Of a stretch of DNA of 64,000 bases, positions 1 to 12,799 are shown in pieces (positions within the stretch are counted from its first letter, which is position 1; each line of letters starts with the position of its first letter). This DNA is from Trichoplax adhaerens (taxonomy: Eukaryota; Animalia; Placozoa). The notes under the pieces are model-generated. The model did no database searches. It was not told where the DNA came from and saw only the letters and a list, made by a program, of their open reading frames with translations. Made by a program: the position numbers and the translations under genes. The stretch spans positions 2,014,987 to 2,078,986 of the forward strand of contig NW_002060943.1 in NCBI RefSeq assembly GCF_000150275.1. The letters run 5' to 3'.

Positions 1-1127
1 AGTCTATAATTAAAATATGAAGATGCGATATCCATATCAATTAAAGAATTAATCACCTAAACTCACTTTGTTAGTGGTAAATTACATAGGATGTTATTTG
101 TGTTGCTTCTATCTACGCGTATTTCAGTAAACTAGCTATCGTTGATTCTTAAGTCTGCAATTGGAATTATTAAAAATAATCAAATATTCCCACAAATACC
201 TTCTAACTTTCGCGACATTTTCTTCCGACATATAACCTCCGTTAATGCACCAAGTTTTAATAAGCAGTGAAAATGCTCTAAATCGTACTCTTCCAGGTGT
301 CGAATACTGCTTAACATTTAAAAAGTATCGTCTCAAATTTTCTGGTCGTTTTTATTTGTATTTAAGCCCGATTAGAGTTATTGAAATGATGCTATTACAA
401 ATATTTATGGTCCATTGCCATCTAGTTAGAGATTTAATTGCTATACGTGTTAGAACTAACAGTATATTTATGAAAATCAGTATTAAACTGTATCCTACTT
501 TACGTCAAACAATAAATCAGAATAAAGTTGGTACTTCCTAGTATAGATTTGAATATGCCCTTATTTTTATGCATCCATATTATAGATTAAAATATATCTA
601 GATATCCAAAACTACAATTAACTTCTTACTTGTGGTCGGAATAATAGCGTGCAGCGTCAAATAAGTCTCCAAACTGTTGCTTTAAAATTCCAAGCAAATG
701 AACAACTGAACAGTAAAATTCATGTGATATAGAAAATATCCTAATTGTAAATTTATGATGATTGAATTAGAAGTCTTTTCAATAGCGGATAAGCAATTAA
801 CTTTAGCATTTACAGACAAGTTATATTCTAGGCATCGCTAAATTGTACATTACCAAGGTTTATTAGGTCGACATTACCTCAGCATAATTGCAATGATAGT
901 TTCGATGGTATTAACACATGGTCGAAGTATGATATTTCGTATTAGTAAATGAAGATTTCTTTGCCTAGCTTCTTTTATACAAGTCTTCAATAGCTCTGTT
1001 AATAGAATAAGAAATCATATATTGTACATCAACCATTTCACAACTTAAGCTCGTAATATTCTGTAAATAATTGCCTAAATGAAGCCGTAGCTAAATTTTC
1101 CCAACTCAATTGTGTAATAAGCACTTT

Positions 1128-4100
1128 TTAACCTAAATCTATAACCAAAGCAGAGTTATCATTATCAGCAAGCCACTTGTTGGTTTCAGCCATGGCAGAT
1201 TTGAGAGTTTCCATTAACCCTTCGTATTCATCGTGGCCAATTTTCTTGGCTAAATCGCCAGCGATATCTTCAGACTGAGTAATTATACGATCATTTTCGT
1301 ACAAAGGCTGTAGTAAATTGCTCGTTATACATGTAGAATCTATCAATATACGGAAATATTCACTTTATTCAACTAGTAAAATAAAATAACGAAAAAGTGA
1401 TAAACTACTATATCAAGGTAAGACTTTCAATATCTCTATCATTTAAGAGCTATTTGCTAGCATTGTGCGTAGATTTTTAAGATTTCGTATAAGTAGACTA
1501 TCCCTTACAATGGTGCTTTCTTAGATATTCCAACGCATCTTCGAAGCCTTGTTGACATAATGCTCTAAGAGAGGCCTCATCTGGAGAAAATAAAGCTCTA
1601 GTCGCTCGATGAAGATCGCCTAATGTAAATTTAATCGTTCGTCGAATACAGATATCGCTATTTTCAAAGTCATGAAGCGACACATGGTTAGGACAAATCA
1701 TTCCATCACCGACGAAAGGAGAAATAGTTATTGTTTTCTGAATATCGAAAGGTATAGGATGGTTGTCCGAAATTCCACCGTCTAAATATCGCTAATGATA
1801 AAGCATATAGGCATTACAAGATCATCTAATAAATCAAGTTGATTTTATTGATAATTTCTCTATACTTAGAATTTGGCAAAGTCTACTAACTGAGTAAAGT
1901 AACATTGAGATTTACGTTATAATATAATAGATATCTACGCTTTGCAATATAATATACCAATCTTTTTTTTATTCTACATCTTTTGCAGATACAATGTTAT
2001 AAGTAAATTTATACAACTTAAAATTTTTAATGTATTTCTTACCTCTCCACGATAAAAAGGTGGCACTATACCCGACCAAAAAGGGACAAAACAACTACAA
2101 GCTACACACTGCATACCATTTCCGGAAAAAGAAAGAATTTATCATCTTAATAATATTTATCATAACCTAATTTCATTTACTTCAAGCTATTAGCAAGTTT
2201 ATTACGAATAAATGAGATATTTTTAACTGCATATTATTTCATTTACTATAAATATAAATAAATGGACCTGATTGAACAAAAAGAAAATTCATATAAAATG
2301 AATAAATTGCTTTAAATACGCATGAATTATGAAGGTAGGGATAAACTAGAGTCTATCGATTTTATAATACGCGTACATAACGAAAATTAGATACAAGCTT
2401 AAAAATTAATCCATCATTTAGAGAAATTTACATGTAATCAACAGTCTTGAATGGTACTGTTGTAATATGCTATATCTAAAAATGATCTTGAAATACGACT
2501 ATATGTAACTAGCAGTCTTGAATAGTGCCTTTGTAATACGCTATTTCTAAAAATAACCTTGAGACACGAGCATAAATAATCAGTAGTCTTGAATAAAACC
2601 GTTGTAATATGCTATATCTAAAAATAATCTTGAGATGCAAGTACATATAATCAGTAGTCGTGAATGGTACCGTTGTAATATGCTATATCTAAAAACAATC
2701 TTGAAATATACTATTTACTACTGATATGCAGAAGTACTGTGGCGATGAAAAAGGTAAAAGTTTATTCTAGTAAAGGAAATCCAGTAGTATATTCAAAGCT
2801 ATCATGATTGATGCTTAAAAAATTGATTTCATGTAATTTACATGTAATCAGTAGTCTTATATGGTACTATTGTAATATACTATATCTAAAATGATCCTGG
2901 CATAAATAATCAGTAGTCTTGAATAGTACTGTTGTAATATGCTATATCTAAAAATGATCTTGTGATATACTATTGACCGCTGATATACATATGTAATACG
3001 GTGATGAGAAAAAGTAAAAATTTATTTTAGTAAAGTAAACACAATAATATATTCGAAGCTTTCATGATTGATGCTAAAAAATTAATTTCTGAAATATTGA
3101 ATGTACAGGGACTATAGTACTTGAAGTATTCTATCAAATATGTAATAGTAAGGATAGAACTGTTTTAATTTCTTTTTCAATGTACGGCCTAATAAAAGGA
3201 CCTTGGGCAAAATTAAGTCTACATTCTCCATCAATCGATCTGCATCAGATTAGTAATGATTTTTAGAGTCGATCTACATAGAAGATGTCTATATTATTTC
3301 ACTATAAGTCAAGTAATATCTTTATAGAATCCTGTACAATACTTACATTATATTCTCTCTCCATAAAGCAATCTTTATCAGGTCAGTAACGATTTTAGAG
3401 TCGATTTACATAAAAGATATCTATACGTACTTTCACTAAAAGTCTGGTAATATCTTTTAAGAACTCTATGCAATAATTAATTTATAAGCTCTCTTCATGA
3501 ATCATTCTTCATCGGCTTAGTAATGATTTTTATTTCAATCTATTTATATAGAAGATGAATATATTTACTTCACCAAAGGCTAATAATGCCGCTAAGAGTG
3601 ATAAAGAGGTGATGTGATATTAATTGAAATTTTAGCCGAATTTCAGATTTTTTTAGCATGATTGCGTAATCCTAGAATATGCAGTGGTTTAATTGAAATT
3701 GCGATATGGACATCAACAATCTTTTATTACTTTTTCCCTAGGTCTAAACCTTCGTCATGCCCATTATAACCGATTTTTTTCATGAATAATGCATCTCATC
3801 TTCAAATAAACAAAGTCTAGAGATACGATTTAAAAGATTATAGTCCAGTATTTCCATAAGTATCGCCAAATGTACGTTAAATAGTAATTACTATTGCCTC
3901 TTTACGATTGGATTCTCAAGAAATTATACAATATATTATAATTTAGCATGTAAATGCATGTACAAGATATTATACGCATATTTTTGCCGCAGTTACTCCT
4001 AAAGGTTGAAAATTAATGGGAAATACTATGTATTCCTAACTATAAAATATTATAACTTTAGGATATGATCAAGTTAAAGTATTTTACCTGCTTTAAAAAT

Positions 4101-4565
4101 TATATTACAAACAGATGATGGATGTGATCATATATGCTTTGCTTTTAGCGATAGTTGATTTACCTTAATAAGATCCATCTTTGAGAAGAATTCGCTAATG
4201 AGGATATTTTGTCGATCTCTGGCTCGAGTTAATGATATATGAACTTTATTGTTGGCTAATTGATGAGCATTATCAGGAAATACACGATCTAATGCTTCTT
4301 CAATCAAATGAGGTATGCTAACACGAGGGTGAAAAGCTCCTGTGTAAAAATCTCTAGTCTTCACCCCCATCTCGATACAATATCGGCTTAATTCTGGTAA
4401 TTTATCGGGACATACCACTAATGCTGATGCTGTGATTGCACCACCAGATGCTCCACTAGCTGAATTTAAATTTTTGATTATATCTGGCGCATATTCCACA
4501 AATCCAGCTGCTACACCCAGTTGATATACAGACAAAAATCCACCACCAGAAAATGCTAGATTCAT
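1128..4565 (-). CDS. Patatin-like phospholipase / adipose triglyceride lipase-like (PNPLA2/3/4 family). Exons about 4565-4164, 2108-2043, 1791-1509, 1339-1128
   Basis: Oxyanion loop FSGGGFL, nucleophile GASGG (GxSxG), SCFVPFWSGIVPP and catalytic YLDGG. GT-AG boundaries are phase-consistent. The last exon (ORF 1128-1346) joins in frame via T|gtaag...tag|AT but is less certain than the rest. Confidence 0.9.
2430..3090. repeat. Intronic minisatellite, ~70-bp unit (taatcagtagtcttgaatggtactgttgtaatatgctatatctaaaaa...), about 6 copies, with a larger duplicated block (~2650-2835 vs ~2905-3090)
   Basis: Unit recurs at about 2435, 2506, 2577, 2648, 2845 and 2907. Confidence 0.85.
3230..3580. repeat. 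Degenerate tandem repeat, 3 copies of ~130 bp
   Basis: A (t/c)agtaatgatttttagagtcgat...catagaagat-like motif recurs at about 3250, 3385 and 3518. Confidence 0.7.
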
Positions 4566-5647
4566 TTTGTCTTTTTTTCAGTTATGGCTTGCTGTATCGG
4601 ACTACGTATAGGAATAAGGATATACGCTTACGATATTATGTACCAAGGTATTTTTTTCTAGTAATCACGTACATTCTGGATACACTCATGCACGAATTCA
4701 TTATATATTTACTGTAAATGTTGGTGTCAAAGGCGAGTATGCAAATGACCTGTGCTCAAAATTTTTTTTAAGACTGAACAGCTTCAATGATGCCCGCTGA
4801 TTTGATAAATATTATTTCAAGATCTTAACCAATAAAATGTAAGTTCTAACTTATTTTTTTATGGCTGATCAATCTAGCATAATTTTATTGTCTTAGATGT
4901 ACTCTTAGGGTAGAATCAATGAATAAAAAATGCTGTGTCTATTTTTCCAAATATTCTATATCATAGAAGTTACCTACTAAAATTGCTGCGTTTATTTTTC
5001 CAAATGCAGAGATATCAAAGAAGTTATCTACTAAAATTGCCTCGAGCAAGTACCTGCTAATATAGATTATATTCACTTAATACTATCTGTTACACAACTT
5101 CAATCACATTTGGGAACGGATAGTTTTCGCTTCAGACTGCTAGATTTAAGACAAATTTGAAACGCAATTTTATGTATACGCTAGGTTATCAGTGTTCTAA
5201 CACAAAATGCATTTTATTCGGCCACTAAAGCGAAAGATATAAATTCGTCCGCGAACGCAAGATTATACTTATGTAATCTCTATTTTATGTAATGTATAAG
5301 TGTTTGACTATTCTATCATAATTTAATTACTTCTAAGACGATAAATCGTTACAAATTGTCTCAGATTTCAACGTCATAATGCGATAGCATTCTAGGCCAT
5401 TAATGGTCAATTTTATACGCCCTAACGTCGAGTCATGTTTACGATATGGTATCACAACTTCAACATGTGTCATAAAGAAGCCTATCATTAGCAATTACAA
5501 AATCGTTATGCTTTTTAGGTATTAACGGAGTAATTGTCTAGCATAATTCTTTACATTTTCGAGTATGAAAAATTACAAAGGGCATAGTAATTTCAGATGT
5601 AAAGCGAAAAATCTTCTCAAGTTATAAGCAATGGGTGCATTTCGATT

Positions 5648-8600
5648 TTATAGTTTACTTTGTAATTTCGTTAACTCCGCGACCCGTTTTCTTAGTTCTC
5701 GTCTTAATATTTTACCACTTGCTGACTTAGGAATAATATCAGCAAATTCAATACCACCTCGTAAATATTTATGAGGGCTAACTTTACTCTTAACAAATTC
5801 AATAATCTCTTCCTTTGATATTTCGCTTTTCTTTACTATAAACGCCATCGGCAACTCTCCTGCTTCTAAATCCGGTCGACCAATAACGGCAGCGTCGGCA
5901 ATTTTTTCATTAGTAAGTAACAGTGCTTCTAGTTCGGCAGGAGGCACCTAGTTTGGTAAATATTAGGTTGGATCACGTTAGATTGACCATATTTTTCCCT
6001 TGTTACATCATATTTGTAATTCAAGTAGCAGCATTCAATATATTCTATTTGTTAGACCTGAAAGCCTTTGTACTTAATTAATTCCTTCAAGCGATCGACA
6101 ATGTAAAAATACCCATCTTCATCGTAATATGCAATATCACCAGTGTGCAACCAGCCATCTTTATCAATGGTTAATGCAGTAGCTTTTTCATTTCGAAAGT
6201 ATCCTTTCATAACCTGAGGCCCACGTATACATAATTCTCCTCTTTCATGCTGTGGTAGTGATTTTCCATCCTCATCTACAACCTATTACCCCAAAAAGAA
6301 AATGATTATATAGATGATCAATTTCTCAATCAAATTTATTAAATTAATAAAACGCAGGATATGACTTCCAGTAGTTATAGATAATATAACAAGGTAAAAT
6401 TATCTGTAGAGATTCTAGACAAACCTTAGCTTTCGTATTAGGAGCACAAACTCCAATGGCTCCAAATTTCTTCTCGTCAGCTCTTTTGACTAAATGAGAG
6501 ATAGGGCTAAGTTCCGTCATACCATAAGCTGTAATAAGCAAATAAAGTTGAGGCTACATCAGATACATTAAGTAAAATGTTTCTCATTAAAAGGTACGAA
6601 ATTAAATACCTTGGCGTAATAATGATATCTTTGCTCGCTCTTTAACACTTTGACTGAGATCTGAGTCAAGTGGAGCTGCCCCACATATGGTTTCCTGCAG
6701 ACTAGATAAATCAAATTTTTCTACCAAAGGATCCTTAGCTAAAAATACGTATAATGGTGGGACTAGGCAGGCATACTTGATCTGATGCGTAGCGATGAAT
6801 CGGTATAAAAAGTTGTATAATTAATAGTTGTAGAAAGGAGAATTAAGAGTTATTTTGTTTATACGATGTTATCTATTTTCAGTTTTTAGATACCTTATAT
6901 TTTTGAATGGATCCCAAAAAGAGCTCCGGTTCAAATCTTTCTAAGCTTATTAGGTGCGCACCAGTTCTTAGCCCAGATAAAAGGATAACAACTAATCCAT
7001 AGATATGATACCAAGGCAGTAATCCTAAGGACGGGCGGTCATTATCGAAAGCTTTGATATCTGGATGCATCAGTTGCAGAGAATTTGCAATTAGATTGTA
7101 ATGTGTTAGCATAACACCTAAAACAGTGAAAGAGATAGATGGGTTAGAGTTTTCTAATAGGAAATCTTTCAATATATTCATGCCCATTCAGATCATAAAG
7201 CAATGGCTCAGAGCTTATGTACAATACTAAGCATTTGTAGTTTTATAATCTGTAATGATTAGGTAATGATATAATTTTACATGCGAATAATTCTAAACCT
7301 ATATACGAATACATTGCATGTATATGATAGCACAATTAAGGAATAGCCTAATACCTTTAGGGATGCCAGTTGTCCCGCTAGAATAAGGAATTACAACAGT
7401 ATCTTGCATTGGTCGGATTGTGTCATCCATTTTAAAGAATGAGCCATCATCTTTCATTAGCTCGTTAAAGGACTTTAATCCCTTAACGTGACCAAACACA
7501 TAAGCGCCTCTTAATCGTCTGCGAAATGCCAAAGACAGATTTTAATAGGTTGTGAATGTTAATATGGCAATTATGTTACGCCTATAATCCTACGAGTAAC
7601 CTATGAATCTTAATGGGGTAGTTTAAATTTATTACTTACATTATTCAGTTTAGTGATATTAACAGCAGCTCTATTAGCCTAATTTAAATTATCCTTTTAT
7701 TAAATAAATGACTGTCACAAAACTATTTAAGAATTTATACCTGATTTGTACACGATTAAGAAATTGTATGCATATTGCTATTGCTTTGTAAGACTTTAGT
7801 ATATAACGTTAGATTGAATATACTCATTATCAATACTTACATCCTGGAGGTAACTTTCAAGGCTACATCGGCGTTGGTTGGATATGCAAACAAATACTGT
7901 GCAGACGATAACTTCATCTGCTTGGTCACTTCATCAGCAGTATATAAGGGGTTGATAGTTGTGACGATACCGCCAATGGCTGTAACCGCTAACAAGAGAA
8001 CAGCATATTGAGGATGATTTGGGCTGAAGAGAGCTAAAATATCGCCTTTCTTAAATCCTAGTCGTCGCAATGCGGAACCACATTGGCGTATTTGTAAGCC
8101 CAAATCTCTATAAGACAGCGTTTGTGCAGTGGCAGCATGCGTCTGTAGGTATAAATGGATTAATTTTACGAATGAGAAGAAGAAATATACCTCGTATGAT
8201 TACTATGCAATGCATATATAAATGTTATATGCACATATTATAAACTGTAGAATGATGAATTAGATGATTTACGTGTAATACATAGTCCAAGGTACACTGC
8301 AATACTAATCGTATGTATTAAGTGAAATAATTCATGTAATATTTTATGGCTGTAATGGCAAAGCCATAGAGAATATTTTCAGTATTATCACAGTTAACTT
8401 ATATTGTTAGCCTTTGCATTTTTAGTTAAGATTTAGTCATAGACAGTAGTACAATGGATAAGTAGTATGTAGAGATTACAGGTGGAGTAGATCCATATTG
8501 ATTGCGATACAAGCAGTAAAGCAATCGTTGACAGTATATACTGAGATCCAAATGTATAATAAAGTTTGCTACTAGTAGTAATTAATAAATTAAACGTGTA

Positions 8601-9984
8601 AGACTCTTTGCAAGCTCGTAAAGCTTACTACAAGGAGTCCATTTAACGTCTATGACTTCATGCAAGCTTTACTATCAATTTTGTATCGCCATATTATTAT
8701 GTTCAGTCGATTTCGATTTACTTTAAGTAACATATGAGCACGCAAGCTGGAAGTACCTAAAGCAACAATTTATATGTGCTTGCTGATCAAATTACAGTGT
8801 CATTATAATGTATTTTCATACGCGTATGTATCCAAGTTTACTGTGAGTCCCTCAGCCTGAGATCATTCTTGTTGCTTAAAAAAATTCCAGCTAGGCTTTG
8901 CTATGTAGTACAGTAGTGTTTACTACTGGCGATAAATAGGTTTCTGCTTGGTACCGAATGCAGTAGACTGCACTACTCCTAGTTGTAGCGTATTGAGACA
9001 AGGACTACTAGATGCTCTATGTACTCGTAATTAAGGTAATTTAGTAGTCTATGATTAAGATTTTATTGTACATTGTGGTATAGAATTAAGATAGGACATT
9101 CTAAGTTGTTATTAAATATAGATTCCTTCACAGTCTTACCGTACTAAGAGTCTAAGATAAATATAAAATAGCTTGTTATGTTTACAGTAGTTTACATAGC
9201 AGCGTCTTTGCTATTTTCTACAATCATTTGCTATTAAGTTCTAAAAAGCTATCAATGCTAGCAATTTCTGCTTCCGATTCAGTTAGTGGCAATAGTAACC
9301 GTGTTGATTGAATATTCTTACGTTACTTCACGACAGCTTCCAACACACTGCTCTACTGTCACTACCTCACTCATGTAGTCTACAATAAAGAATCAACTTT
9401 CTTACTTAACGTATTTGTGCCAATCCCTCAATGGCTACTAAATCTACTTAAGCCGAATCATTGAACCTTCCAACACACTAGTACACTACTATTACTGCAA
9501 TAATACTGGTATTAACCATCAGAATCAGCATTGGTTAATGCACAAGAGAGAAAGCGATTCCTTCTTGATGCCCACCTAGTCGATTCTACGCGTGATTAAT
9601 CGGTTCCTTCTAACTACAAGATACCCTCACAAGAGTGCCTACACTAATCAACCTGCATCACTGCAATGGCTGCTGTTGTGTATACTGTTGCTGTAGGTAA
9701 AAGTAAGTTAAGTTTAATTAATGAAGCATAAAAGGATAAGCGATGCATTGTAACTTAGCGGACATCCACTCATCATCCGTAGGCATTTCTCTTTGACTTC
9801 AGTAGAGACTCCTTGGGGAACATATGATGCAAGTCCAACAATGTTTCCGAGACTATTAACAACTTACGATTGCCGGCTTGTCTCCATAGCGGTCGAAATT
9901 TCCACAGATAAATTGGTATAAGGAAACATTGGTTGGCGGGTGGACATCGCTCATAGGGCTGTTAACGATAAATTCTTCGGCCAT
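5648..9984 (-). CDS. 4-coumarate-CoA ligase-like / firefly-luciferase-like acyl-CoA synthetase (ANL superfamily) with C-terminal PTS1. Exons about 9984-9868, 8142-7841, 7518-7355, 7117-6894, 6782-6610, 6529-6425, 6281-6058, 5947-5648
   Basis: AMP-binding [59 protein letters not shown] and [11 protein letters not shown]; ends SKL*. First exon [10 protein letters not shown]...YGDKPAI splices in phase 0 to [11 protein letters not shown]. Confidence 0.93.
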
Positions 9985-12799
9985 GACGTCCTTGTATAGT
10001 AGCAGGAAACCCAAACGATGTGCGGCGTGTCTGGTTGCAAAGCTTGCAATTCAAAAGGCTTGATGACCTCTTTTTTTCCAGGTTACAAGGGTTGTGGCTG
10101 CCACTCCTCTCCTCTCAGTGCCATGGCCAAGTATAGTATATCCATTCTATATTATGTAAATATGCAAATAGGAAGAAAATAGTGCCCTCATTAATAACAG
10201 TATTGTGATGGGCGGCCACCATGCTGTCTCTCGTATTCATGGATAGACCATAGTAAAATGACTGCTATACCTAGTATATGGTAAGCAGCCAAGTATGGAT
10301 CTATGCTCTTGGGAGCAACAGAATTCATTGCTAAACAACGGTATGCTATCGAAGATTGTTATGGCATCCACTACTAAAACTTGAAGTTGTCCATGGCTAT
10401 AAAGATATTATTATATTACGGATAAGACGCCATGGATGCTATACTTTAGTATCCCAGAAAGTCGGGTTTTCTTCAACTTCATTGGCAATAGATTTTCTTT
10501 CAATAGCATATACACCGTATAGAATATTATACATTAGAGATGCTATATAGTATAGAAGAAGAAGAATTTACATAAATTGATGCTTGATAAATGCAAAAGT
10601 TTTCCACCCAGCTGCATTCACATGGATAAAGTTAAACATTGGATTATTGTAGTAGAAGTTCTATTCGTTATTGTTACGATTAGTGTCGCTAGCATGAGCA
10701 AGAGATAGAGAAGTCAATCATTTCCGATCCAGCAATTGAAAGTAATACCTGCCTTCTCGATATATAATATAAGAATAGAGAGAACTAATTACAATTACTG
10801 TTATCCTAACATAACTCATATAAAAATAGACATCTACAAGTTCTATTTGTTCAGTTTTAATATCAAGTTGGAGGCAGGTAAAAGTCTGTAATCAAAATTA
10901 AAATCGTCTAGAATGAATTATCGCCTTGAAAAAGAGGAGCCATGTATATCGATTCCAGTCGAGACTACGCCAATTATACTATACAAAGTATAATTTATTG
11001 GCAAATAATACCATAAATTATATAAAATTGAAATGAATTCAAATTATTCAGGCCAATGAAGCGTACAGTTATTATGCCATCTTTATTGCTGTAATTTGAT
11101 GAGATTTGTCGAGTGCTATAGTATTAGAATTCTATAAAACAGAAAATTTGAATGTGGAAGTGTATCTTCAATCAATAAATTAAATAAGTGTATCTCCAAT
11201 TAATGAATAAATTCCGCTTTAGATTTGGCAAATGGATACCAAGAGGGTCTGAAATATGCTTTTAAGAGGAAAATGACAATCAATGTTAGGCTATAAAAGA
11301 TTTTTCCATTTCAGAATCTTTATTGGCATGATCGTTTTAAGAACGAGCTAGCGATAGTATCGGTAAACATAGCAACCTTTATTGACTAGAATATCTTAAC
11401 GATTCGTCTTATAAATTAGTTATTATCATCGTCGTAATCGTTATAGTTCAAGATTTAAGCTGGCAATGGTAAGCAAGAGTTAGAGTTTATCGATCACTAA
11501 GTGGCTGTAGACAATCGCTGTCTATCTGATGAGAAGATCAAAGTTAAATAACAGATACAGAAATTATATTGAACTTCTATGCATACGAATATTGACATTG
11601 CAGTATTTACAAAATGCAATAGTACAATCAAGAAATTATCCTCATTACTATCATGGTTGATATACTCGTAGAATGTATAAAGACTATACCTATTACCATA
11701 AGCATTTTATTAGAATATAGCTAAATTTAGACGTAATCAATACTAGATCATCGTAGAAGGACGTTGATGTTGTTGGGTAAGCTTTAATAACGCATGGTAA
11801 TTCATGGATGAATTATTGTTCTTTCACATTCACTTATTAACAAAATTCTCCTTCTTCGGTACAATTGTTTCCATGCATTGATGGCATTGTAAGGTAGTCA
11901 ACAGGCTTCTCTCCTCATGAGCAATTAACCATGTCCAATCATAATAAATCGGCAACCACTGACAAATAAACAACAGTTTAGGTAGTGTACTTATTAGCAT
12001 CATAGTACAAAGTCCCACTTGGTCGGTGCGCCACATTGACTAACTGATTAAGAGTAGAACCAATGGATGCAATGTTATTCCACTCATTATTCATGACTTA
12101 TTGTTGTTAATCTCGTACTTTTGGCTACTCCAATAGGGTTATCATGCATGTCTTAAAGCTTCTTACTCGTGCTCACCCACATGATTGAATAATAAATCAG
12201 CAAGGTGCCTTTTTTCTAGTAGAGTAATTTGACTACTTGAAGGAAGTAATTGATATTTACATGCCAGTACGCGTCGATCTTGTAGCCACTTCGTTCAAAT
12301 ACTGATAAAAATAAAAAACATTGTGCTAAAGTTATTAAGTTGAAGAGAGTGACAGATTGATCTATTCGTAAGCGTAAAATATCAAGAATACCATCCATCG
12401 GAATCATACGTAGATCTAGAAACTTTTTCTCCATATTGACACCCTTGTCTTCATAAGGTAAACAGGATTAAGTGTACAATATTTGTCGATAGGATTATAC
12501 GAATAAGATAGAGTACGATAGTGGATGATTTCTTAACGTTAATACCATTCAACGCGATAAAGATGCTTTTAACAGTATCCAATAGAGGCCAATCATAATC
12601 CGTATTTGTCATTAAACTCATGTAATTGCTTATAGATGGGATAGTTAAGCGCTCAGAGCTTGCACTAGGCTACCTTTTAAACCGTGGCTTTGTGTACCTT
12701 GAAAAAATAATTCAAACTTTTAAATTCGTATTACGAATAAATAAGGTGTACGTATAATGTAATAATTTCTTGATTACTTCCTTCTATCTTACCTAGAAA

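Noticed and set aside
136-541. Short ORFs at the window start
   Set aside because: No recognisable motifs; consistent with chance ORFs in AT-rich DNA.
11830-12434. Short minus-strand ORFs, one with LQCHQC resembling a Ly6 start
   Set aside because: The remaining cysteine pattern and a consistent exon chain could not be found.
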